Below, piece by piece: positions 44,378-55,417 of a DNA stretch of 64,000 bases (the stretch's first letter is position 1; each line of letters begins with the position of its first letter). This DNA comes from Antedon mediterranea (lineage: Eukaryota > Animalia > Echinodermata). The notes beneath the pieces are model-generated. The model was given only the letters and a program-made list of their open reading frames with translations. It was not told the origin of the DNA and ran no database searches. The DNA is taken from NCBI RefSeq assembly GCF_964355755.1, contig NC_092674.1, positions 24,738,001 through 24,802,000 of the forward strand, in the 5' to 3' direction. Both the position numbers and the translations under genes were made by a program.

Positions 44378-45234
44378 ATTTAAAACTTTGAAAGTACTTT
44401 AAAGACACGTTCTCTACGTTTTTTCGATCTAATTTAAGGTAAAAAAATGCATTTTATGTAAAATTATACAATATGGGTCTATTGGAATAATTATTTTTGT
44501 CTTTAAACGCTACAAATAAAATGTGAAATAGCCTGGTATAAGTCGATTCTAATATTTTAAGCGGCCCGCTATAAATACCAGCATGCATTGCACACAGATT
44601 TTTCTTCTGTGTGATTCACCCACTATTAATCGATTGTGAAGGCCAAAACAAATGAAAGAATCGTAAATTTTCAGCAAAAAATATTGTGTTTTCCCATATT
44701 TGTATTATCGGATTCTGCCAAAAACAAAAAAACAATTGCAAAATGTCAATCATTTTTGGGATAGTTTCTTTCATTTAACATTGATTATAATTTATAAAGG
44801 AATTAAAATTCTGAATAAACATCATCAGGCCTTATAGACTAGGGCTAGCTAGCTAGGGCCTACATACAAGGCTAGGTCTAGTAGAGGGCCTAGCTAGGCT
44901 AATTAAGTGAGTCAGTAACTTGAAACCCACGCCTGCCGCCTAGCTAGGCTAGGCCTAATTATACGTTGTGGTGGTTAGGCCTATATGAGACTTGAGAGCC
45001 CATCATATTCGTCTTTTTCCATTTAAACTACGATGGGTAAATAACACCCAAAGAGCGGCATTTACGGGATTGGAGTGCAACCCGCCGGGAAGAAGATGTG
45101 GGACCACAGCCTATGGAGCGAGACGTTGAAGAAGGGAGTGGAGAGAATAAAAAAAGGTGAACACCGAGGACGAGGTCATCTCAACATCAATAAATTTTTA
45201 TCTTTTTTCATGAACTAATTAAAAATACACTTAC

Positions 45235-45760
45235 AACTGATAAAAGATCAATTTCTTGCCCAACTTGTCTGCACAAGTGGGTTTAAATCCTGAATTTATA
45301 AAACTTGTAATTAATGAGATAAATATTCAGTATTCTTATCTTTCCAGTGCTGGAATTTCACCTGCTTCCTGCGCTTCTTTTCTCAATTCGCATCATTTAC
45401 CGAGTTTTTAGATGCTGGGTCAATAAGGTCATAAGTAAATACTAAAGTACGGAACGCTACTTGAAAGATTTTATATTGGCATCGATATTCACTGGATGTA
45501 AGAATCAATGCCAATCCTTATTGTTAGTGTAGGTTTTATCTCCGAATGACATCATGCGTGAAAATTATAAAAAAATTTAATCATAATAAACAAAGTAGTT
45601 CCGGTGTGGCCACCAATCAATTTTTTCATAACAAAAATATCATCATCATCACGCGCATTATTATTTTTACTACATCGCATCGACGTGTAGAATTACCAAA
45701 TATTTTCAGATAATCGGCCTACTCTCTCTTTAATTTGTGGTTGACAAGGTTCAAGAAGGT
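45235..45760. promoter_or_regulatory. Probable bidirectional promoter and non-coding first exons of FAM168 and PLEKHB
   Basis: Lies between divergent genes. Donor-like sites point outwards at about 45234 (-) and 45759 (+), with AGGCCTAG clusters on both flanks. TSS positions are not observable. Confidence 0.5.
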
Positions 45761-45995
45761 ATCCTCTCTCTAGCTAAACTAATGAAATAATGTGTCAAAA
45801 ATGAATGATTGATCAACAAATGGAAGCCCAGCCCAGCTAGGCTTAGGCCTAGTGATAGGCCTGCCCTAGAGTAGTAGGCCTAGTCTATAAAATAACATCA
45901 TATGCTAGCCTAGCTAGTCTTATATAGCTAGTTCCTAGCTAGAGAGAGGGGTAGTCAAGTTAGGACTAGGCCTAGGCTTTGTGTATAGGCCTAAT

Positions 45996-48900
45996 TAGTT
46001 ATCCGCTTGGTATACCAAGCGGATAACTCCTTGTGATTGTATGAGATCAACAGTTTTTTTCTGTATTATTAGGTTATATGCATGATATGCATATAACCTC
46101 TTGATTCTGTCAAAATCTTTATTTATTTATTTATTTATTTATTTATTCTTTCCTTAGCACTATTTTGTCCGTGCATTATCTTGGCATCAGTTTAATCTAG
46201 CTAAGTCAAGTTTTCAGAGTATATTCCTCATGGCCAGGAATCGATGTCGTTATATTTTCACGATGCGTAATCAAAAATTACGCGGTCTACGCGCGATTTT
46301 ACGAAATCACGTTTGTAATCATATCTTCACAAGCATGAATCACAATTAAACAAAATTTGGTACTCATAAATTTCAGGTCATATTTCATCATATGGCAATG
46401 AAATTACGTGCGTAGCGCATATAACGCTTGCGTACGCGCGCTTAAAATGTTCAAAATTGTCAAAATTTATTTTCGATGAAATTAGAGTACGTTTCAGGCA
46501 ATTTTAAGCGTTTAAAAAAATGCCATGAGTGCGCAGATTTTTGCACGCGCACTGCGCGTTAAACGTTAATGCGCACTCTTTTTGCCCGATTTCTGTTTTA
46601 CAATCTTTCTTTAATAATATCATCATATTTGATTCAGGTTTCAACTCGAAATTGCGTTATACGAGCACGTCAAAAGTGACTGGCTACGCACGTATAAGTT
46701 AACAAAATGGTGAAAATATGCTAAATTTTAAAATTAATATATATCGTCAGAATGCAGGGGAACACCTATTTTTTATTTCATTTTCTTGAAGTGTATGTAT
46801 CATATGTATGATTTATTATCAAATAAAGAGAACAAAAGTTGATTAAGTCATCATTAATTGCATATTAAATTTTAAAAAAATAATTTCGACAATCAAACAA
46901 ATTATGACATTTTCTTATGCCAAAATAACAAACTTAACATTAACTTTCTTCCTTCAAAAATTCATATATTAAAGTTAAAAGTATGTAGTTTGACAGTGCA
47001 TCATTTGTATACATTTTAAAGATGTCATCATAGTAAAAAATTATAATTCATTTCGGTATGTAATAATCTATTTGCATCAAAGTGGTTACTGCATAGTAAA
47101 TACACGGAGGAATTTGTCTACAACTTTTAGTCAGTTGTGTACGGCTCGGTGGTCTGTGCTCGTGTCTATGGCATTCAAGGTACCGAGATCGAGTCTCACC
47201 TTGGGAAACGAAATAAGATTTTTTTTTTTATTATCCGTATTGTTTGTTCAAATTTATTTCTTAGTGTATAGATTATACACATGATTTATAATGAAATCTA
47301 GATAAAAATTAACTTATGTCTTTATTATTATGTAACAACAAATGTGGTTTATGACATTATACGCATATGGATCTTTGATCGGATTGTGATACCGGCTATG
47401 GTGTTCGCGTTAGCAAGGTCCTATCATATATTATAAATAATTAAAGATTCTGAGAAAATCAATCAATCAATATATCTTTTAAAAATCAATTATCTTGATT
47501 TAAATCAATGCATATAACCTATAATTCGTCATAGTGACGAATTAAATCTAGTTCTTCTTTCCATCCTTCCTTTTTGTGGATCGCGTTTCTCTAAAATGTG
47601 TAAACATAACATTTCTTAACTTTGACAACATATGGGCATTTACGTGAAGTTGTGCACCTCCTATTTTTGAATGACGTCATAGTTGCGCAACGTGACTTAC
47701 GCGCAATTTTATGAATTTCAATGATTGATCATAGATTAAAAACCAAAAGTCATTTAGTATTGACACTTTGACAAAATTTAAGTCATATCAGGGGCAAACT
47801 TTCTACGGATTAAAAATGGCATGTTTCACAAGAAGTTACGCGCGCACGCGCATTTAAAATTTCAAAATGCGCAAAATTAATTTCTAATCAACTTTTTATG
47901 CGTTTCTTGTCATTTTGAGCATGTCAAAAATTCCCACGGGCGCGCAATTTTTTACGCACGTGGTGCGCACGTAGCGTTAAAAACATATTTTTTTCTCTTG
48001 AATTATATTTTTCAAGCCTTTCCTAGTAATTTTGAAAACAATTTAGACCTTTTCCAATTTAAATAACGCCATACGAACACGTTGAATTAAACATTTCATG
48101 CGCGTTTTTTATGAAAAAGCTTAAAAAATCGTCAAAATTTTGTCTTTTTTTAAACAGTCATAGTTTCTAAAGTAAACCGTGAACCGTTTATTTTTATTAC
48201 AAAATCTAGAAGTTGATGAGTTGTAGATAACGGATCATGCATCGATAAGGCTAAAAAAACATTGTGACGTCATCGTATGGCCACACGAATGTAAAATATA
48301 GGATTTTTGTCTCTTTCGTTATTGCTCATCACATTCAATGGAGCGCATCACGCTTATCTGTATTCCTTTTTCTCCTACATTTATATATTGTGTAGGTCAA
48401 TCAACTTTCTTTAGCATGAGATAAAAATATTTTAATTTTTATGACGTCATCATGCCTAAAAATTTCAATTACGTGGGTCATTAATTTCATCTTTACAGTA
48501 AATTTTATTCTGTAATACCTCGTAAGAATAGAATCTGATAATCACGATTAAAACGTTTTCTGGAAGCTATTGGATTGTAGATACGAATTCATGTAAACAT
48601 TTTGCCAATCGGATGTTGTGACGTCATCATATGGCCAGTTGAATAAAAAAAGTTGTATTTTCATATTTTGCGTAATAGTTCATCACATTTAAAAGGGTGC
48701 GCATCTATATTTTACGTATTCAAATTTCTTCTACACGTTAATATGTTGTTCCTAAGATAATTTCCTTCTGAAATTGCTATCTAAGTGTTTCATTTTGATA
48801 CTGTCGCCATGCTAAAAATTGGAATAAATGGCGGGTCCCGTAATTTCACCTATTCTACACTGTATGTAATATGTATACAGATTATACTGTAGTGTTTGCA

Positions 48901-49082
48901 TGTATATACTATATGACACAAAATTGACAGAATTCAGCACTAACAGCATATCATATTCTTCAGTTCTTGTCATAATGCCATAATCTTTATCTGTGTGCAA
49001 TATTCCAACGTATGACGTGCACGTGGCGTTTGCCGTGGTGCGGATAACTAACTCGTCAAAGTGACGAGTTTCATGTCTAGTT
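45996..49082 (+). mobile_element. Non-autonomous Helentron/Helitron-type element (outer)
   Basis: 5' palindrome AGTTATCCGCTTGGTATACCAAGCGGATAACT. 3' subterminal repeat GCGGATAACTA, then hairpin AACTCGTCA-AAG-TGACGAGTT and CTAGTT. Confidence 0.8.
46069..47553 (+). mobile_element. Non-autonomous Helentron/Helitron-type element (inner, nested)
   Basis: 5' palindrome AGGTTATATGCAT-GAT-ATGCATATAACCT and a (TTTA)n tract. 3' ATGCATATAACCT, then hairpin AATTCGTCA-TAG-TGACGAATT and CTAGTT. Confidence 0.82.
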
Positions 49083-49277
49083 AGAAGTTAGATAGGTGTG
49101 GGAATTTTCTGCCGTGAGTGATCATGAACTGAAATTATACATATCCGTCCTTTCGGATGGGACATTTTTAAGTCGTTTATCCAGTGTATATGAAATGACA
49201 TATTTACACAGTTTTCATCTTTTCATTTTTTATATTTATTTCTTTCTAGCCTAGGCCTAGTGAAGTTTTGAGCAGTC

Positions 49278-52200
49278 ATGGCAACAAGTGCAGAAGCTGC
49301 CCACCTGCATGGCATCATGAAGTCCGGATGGATGCAGAGACAAAGTGAGTTTCTTAGAAGATGGAAGCGTCAATACTGTGTCTTGTATGCTGATGGAGGA
49401 TTCTCGTATTTTACAGACGAATCACGCAATGACTCGCAAGGTGTAATCAATTTACCAACTCGGTGTTCGGCAATAAATGTAAGTACAGTATAATCATAAT
49501 AATTATTTTTTAAATCAAATAAGATAAGATAAGATGAATTTACAAAAACAACAACATCACAGAAACAAACTAATATAATTGAATTTCATTGAATGCTATA
49601 TTCGTTATACAGTGTAATAAATAATAAAAATGTAATCAACATTATTATATTTTTTTTTGTCTGTAAGGATAAAGTTAAAAGGTAAAAAAGGTAAAGGTAT
49701 ATCCTCAAGCTTAAAACTGGAAACTGAGGATTAGACTATCTGCAGACCAACAGAGCAGCCATCAGTGCAGCGCAGCACACACAGAGACAATCTCCTACTC
49801 ATATTAAATATAAGTTCTTTAACGTGCGCTGTATGTACACAAATAATTTATTTTGGATCTTGTTTTTTGTTATCAGACAGGACATGAGGTGCGTGATGTC
49901 GAACCGCCAGCAGACAAAACCAATAGCTGCCTAATACAACTTAAGACGACAACTGGTAGCGTTGAATTCTGTGCAGATACCCCAGATGATGCCCAAGCCT
50001 GGAGAAGCTCGCTCATGGAAGCTAAACTAGCCAATGTAAGAGATGGCTTGCTCTATGTAATATGTAGACAATATCTCCATTTACTCCTCTTTTTATTAAC
50101 TGCAGTGTTGGTCTTTACCATCCATTCTCAATGTGTATCAGCCACTACCCATAACTCATTAGCATCTACCCATAATGCATTAATATCTACTCATAACACT
50201 ACACACCCAACAGGGGTGGATCCAGGATTTGTTTATGGGGGAATGCTAATACTAAACAGATATTAATAGTCGGTCAAAATAGATATCAAAAGTAGTTTCA
50301 TTTTTGTTGTCAAAAGTGGTGAGCACGCTACACAATAGCTACCCCTTGGATATACCCCTGCCCAAGCTTCATAACCGAGTATATTGATTGAAATTGAAAT
50401 ATATATTTATACTGAGTAACCTCTTCAGTCAAAGACTGGTCTCCCAGAGGGCCCAGTACTAATACACCAGGGTAACCCCCTACTCATCTCGAAAGATGTA
50501 CTAGGTTCTTTAAAGTGCACAAGAGCTAGATGTGTACACTGGACCTACAGTTTATAGTCCTTATCCGAGAAGACTCGTTCTACCACCAGAACAATGGAGT
50601 GAGTGAGCCTTGAACCCCTGCCGATGTTATGGCTACGTAATTACGGTTCCACTGTCTTAACCGCTCGGCCACTCACTAACTTATTTCTATTTTATTTTCT
50701 ATAGACACGCCAAGGCGTATCACAGACAGTTCCTCAACTCAACCCTTACAATACTTACGCACCATATGGAGCTCCGCCTCCATATTCAGCACAATGCCCG
50801 AGAAGAGGTGGTCGCGTTGTCCAAACCACTACTACCTATCCAGATGGTACGCAAGTTGTCAACGTGAATGGATATCCAAGGCAAACACGCATGTACTCCT
50901 ACCCAGGACAAACGTACTATACCACATACCAGGATCCAACGAGTAATTTATATTCACATTTTTTATGCTTCTTGTACAGTCGATGATTATTCATATATGA
51001 TAGTATATTGGTGCTTTTATTGGCCAATTTCTCTCTTGTGTAAAGCTTTGTTCCCACTAGCGACGCAACACAAGGACGTAAGTGAATTGACCAATCACAA
51101 GCGATGGATTATCCGAACTGTCGCTTGTCATTGGTTAACACGCTTGCGTTGCGTTTACATCCTTGCAATACGTTCTAGTGGGAACCAAGCTTCAGAGAAA
51201 GCACCCAAATAATATTAAACATGCTGTAGGTGTGCTGTTTGTATTTTGGTGTGTAGAAGTTTACCAAATTTAAGTGTGTTGTAAATCACACTCCTCGAGG
51301 GCAGTTTAGGAGTGTGTTAGGTGAGTGATCGCACTCGCTCACCTCCAAACAAAAGGCCTGCTCTGGGTTACCCTGCTGCAAATGAAGCAATTTCCAAAAT
51401 AAATTTAATTCTCTAAATATATCGTAGTCAGACAAAAGTAATTATTTTACAATTTTCTTTCACTTTGGCATGGCGCATTTTTGTTTATTTATTAATACTG
51501 TACATGCATTAACTTTAACGATTGTCTTTGTAGTGCAATAGTATATTTATATCACAGTTTTTTATTATAAATGTAGGAAGAATGTGTAGTTTTATAATTT
51601 TTAAGGGAATTAACTATATACTCTCTCCTCACAGTGCATGGCGTGACTCGCAATTACCACTATTATTACTAACAGTGAGTTATAGTTTCTGCTCTACTCA
51701 TTGTAGGTCTATTTCATTCATTCGAGTACTACAGTACTATCAGTCTAAATCGGTTCCATTTCTCAGTCTAAAGTATACTAGGCATTCCGCCAGCTTTAAC
51801 TGGAGTTTTTTTTATTACATACAGTCTCAACACCCATTGACATTTACCCGAAACGTATTAGCATCTACCTATAACGCATTAGCTTCTACGCATTAGCGTC
51901 TACCCATAACGCATTAGCATCCACCCACAAACGCATTATCATCTACCCATAATCAACCCATAGCGTTTTGAAATCTACCTATAAACGCATTAGCATCTAC
52001 CATAGCGCATTCAAAATCTACCCATAATGTATTGGCACCAACAACCCATAACGTATTACCATCCACCCATAAACGCATTAGCATCTACCATAGCGCATTA
52101 AAAATCTACCCATAACGTATTACCATCCACCCATAAACGCATTAGCATCTACCCATAAACGCATTAGCATCTACCTATAAAAGCATTAGCATCAACCCAT

Positions 52201-52755
52201 AATGTATTGCCATCTTCCTATAACGTATTGACATCTACCTTCAGTATAACGCATCTTTTGTAGTACCATACATTTTTGCTTTAAATTCTTACCCGATTCA
52301 AAATGTGTTCTATTTATTTATTTTATACAGTCGATAATCACTAGTGGTCACTATTTTCAGGATGATTGGTGTTATGCATGGGATGAATTAATACAAATTA
52401 TCATGTTAAACTGCTATTTTTAACACACATTTTATAAACATTTATTTAAAAGTAGGTGATAGTTTTCTTTTCATTTCCGAATTGGCATACGTTAGACAGC
52501 TTCTTATTTCACCCACCCCATTCATTCACAAGCAGTAACAAGTGAACAATTTAATATAAATATCAATCAGCTTTTACACCAGCACAAAATTGACAACTCA
52601 CTTCTTTTCTTTTAACAGTGGTGACGCGTCCAGATGGCACGAACACGACAATCATATATGAACAAGACCGACGCAATAATGGAGATGCTGCTCTTGGCTT
52701 CGCTGCGGGTGCGACGGTTGGAGCTTTGATGTTTTCACCGCTTTTATTTTGGTAG
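49278..52755 (+). CDS. PLEKHB2: Pleckstrin homology domain family B (evectin) protein, 244 aa, 4 coding exons
   Basis: Exons 49278-49478, 49877-50035, 50705-50942 and 52619-52755 total 735 nt in phase. PH domain (KSGWMQRQSEFLRRWKRQYCVL...FCADTPDDAQAW), a PPPY motif, and the C-terminal anchor GDAALGFAAGATVGALMFSPLLFW. Confidence 0.92.
50383..50680 (-). mobile_element. tRNA-derived SINE with a Deu/Nin-like central domain
   Basis: A box TGGCCGAGCGG and B box GGTTCAAGGC. Core GGATAAGGACTATAAAC...GGTCC...TTAAAGAACC...GAGTAGGGGGTTACCCTGGTGT. (TTTCAA)n-like tail. Confidence 0.82.
51850..52240. repeat. Minisatellite of about 22 bp (ACGCATTAGCATCTACCCATAA)
   Basis: Tandem degenerate units, with a shorter related run at about 50140-50200. 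Confidence 0.88.
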
Positions 52756-53540
52756 AACTGGTTGATTCTTTATAAATATGCCGAATTATTTTTATATTTT
52801 GAATTTGTATGCTTAATCTTTAATGATATGTATTACTTAAAAAGAGAATTTAAATGCTTTCATCTTTTATTTACTCTCGTGGTGTGTGGTTTTGTTGATC
52901 ATAGCTTGCAGAAAGGTTGGTAAACTAATCCTTGAAATTATATGATAAACAATAACAATGGTTAGCTTTACTGATACAGATGTACATTCGCGAATTTCTA
53001 TTCATTTAGCAAGACCAGTAGGATTGTGAGAAAAGGTTCCAAAGATAATGTCATAATTTATTTCCAATGCTAAAATCATTCCAATATTTAGGCCTATTAT
53101 GTTATAGCTGTAATTCATTAATAAGCTACTTATTAAATAAGAGTAAAATCTGCAACATTTTTGCTGAAGCGGGAAATGGGACCACTGGAAATTTATACTA
53201 TTAATTTCATGTTAATTAAATGTTTTAAACCAGAGGGCAGCTAATAAATTTGATATATGACGATATAAAACAAACTCCGACGAAATTAATCAAATTCAGT
53301 CTATCATGACAGATGTATTATAGGTTATTACACCACTAACTAGGCCTATATGATATAAAAAGCATATTTTAAATAAGTAGATGTAAGTAGTGAATTTGTA
53401 AAGTGCACTTAAGCTCTGTCTACACTATCAGACTCCATACTTATATGGGCACATCACATTTTTTGGTCACATTAAGTTTGATAGTGTAGACGAGCTTCAG
53501 CGTAAAAAAAACAATTTATGCACTTTACGGTAGCCTCTAA

Positions 53541-53902
53541 AGCTTGGTTCCCACTAGAACGTAACGCAAGGACGTAAACGCAACGCAAGCGTTTTAACCA
53601 ATGACAAACGAAGTTATAGACAGTTAAGCTTTGGTTCCCACTAGGACGTAACGCAAGGACGTAGACGCAACGCAAGTGAATTGACCAATCACAAGCGATG
53701 GCTTATTCGCGTGTGATTGCTAACTGTCCATAACTTCGCTTGTCATTGGTTAAAACGCTTGCGTTGCGTTTACGTCCTTGCGTTACGTTCTAGTGGGAAC
53801 CAAGCTTTAGCAATCACAAGCGAATAAGCCATCGCTTGTGATTGGTCAATTCACTTGCGTTTCGTTACGTCCTTGTGTTGCGTCGCTAGTGGGAACCACG
53901 CT
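53541..53902. mobile_element. Family Y MITE containing an inverted copy of itself (53627-53806)
   Basis: The outer copy has a TAA duplication. The inner copy has a TTA duplication (53624-53626 and 53807-53809). Confidence 0.88.
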
Positions 53903-55417
53903 TAACCAAATGTTGGTCGGCATTTTGTCATTACGTCGGAGCAATATCCCATTTACCAGTGTCGCCAGCTTAAATCAAAAGTATAGCAATTGTATTGGTA
54001 TAATAATTAATTGGATTATCATTAGAATTATTGCAGGATAAGTGTAAAGAAAATTAATTATTACAGATAGTACGATCAATTATGAATGTGGGGGCTTGTT
54101 TTATTTATGTTTGATGTAAAATTATATAAATAATAAGTATTAATTTGTAAAGGTGTACATGGTGTTTGTTATCATTCATTGTCGGATAAAGGATAATACA
54201 TACATGAGTAAAATACACGCTTAAAATCGAGGGCGAAGATGCAATTAATAATAAATATAGTATTAAACAAATATAACGTCACAATAATGTAGTCACTTGA
54301 GTCTTTTATTCTAGTAGGCCTATACAAGTAAAATACGTCAAAAACAGAGACATAAACACAGTCAAGTCAAAAGTAACATTTATTTATCTTTTAAATTAAT
54401 CATAATAATAATGAAGTAGAGTAACTGAGAGGGGAAATATTTTTTTTTAAAAGCAAAGCTTTGAGAGGCAGCCCATAAAACTGAAAAATAAAAACAGGAC
54501 AGCACGGAAACCAGATTTATAATTTCAGAGTACCGAAAGATTAAAATATAAAGAAATATTTCTTACAAAAACGCCACCGACAAAAGTACTCACTAATCAA
54601 ACAATTCTTCATTCACCAAAAATATTTACCATAAAGGATGGGTTGTTATGTTATTAATATTCTTACGATCATAGAAAGAAGAGGGGGTGGGTTAGGTTGT
54701 AATGATGACGATACGTTGACGAAAGTTGGGGTAGGGAACTAGATCACAGAAAGCGGTGACGGTGATAGTAAATACAATATTGGTTATTCACAAACAATAT
54801 TGAGATGGCCACTGTTTTTTTAATTTGTTTCTTAAAGAACATGAAAAAATGAAAAAAGATTAATAAAATCAGACTTTGAATAGGCCATTCTGTAGTTTTA
54901 ACAAACTCAATCACTTCTATAGAAAAAAACTCTTGAAAAAAAATATTTTTACTCATAAAATGACAAAATACACGGTTACATTCAACCAAAAATCCATTTG
55001 CTAGCAGCCAATTTAACTATTTTTGCTTTAAATTCTAGTTTTCTTCAGGTAGGCCTAAATGCATTTTGTTATCCAATTTTTGGTCAAAGTGGTGACTATT
55101 GTGTGACATTAAAATGGCATATTGAACAAAAAAATTGTTAAAAAATGTGTTCAGGAGGACAATACATCTTTAATCGTACTGCATTTCAATTAGTGAAGTT
55201 TTAAAGTTTAACAAATATTGAGATACAAAGTCAAGGGAAGTGAGGTAGATTTTAACAGAGGTGAAATCAAAAGGCAAATTACTAAATAAATCACAATGCT
55301 TGGATCTCTCAATGGAGATACAAAGAAAAAAAGCAAAAAGTTAAATTAAAACGATAAAATAAAACAACCAGATATAAAACATAACATTATTGTTTCTACG
55401 TTATGTAAACACACAGT

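Noticed and set aside
45757-45770. U12-type donor (GTATCCTC) for the PLEKHB 5' intron
   Set aside because: It deviates from RTATCCTTT, and there is no TCCTTAAC branch site before the acceptor near 49249.
50600-50680. Functional tRNA gene
   Set aside because: The A and B boxes are too far apart, there is no clean cloverleaf, and it continues into a SINE core and tail.
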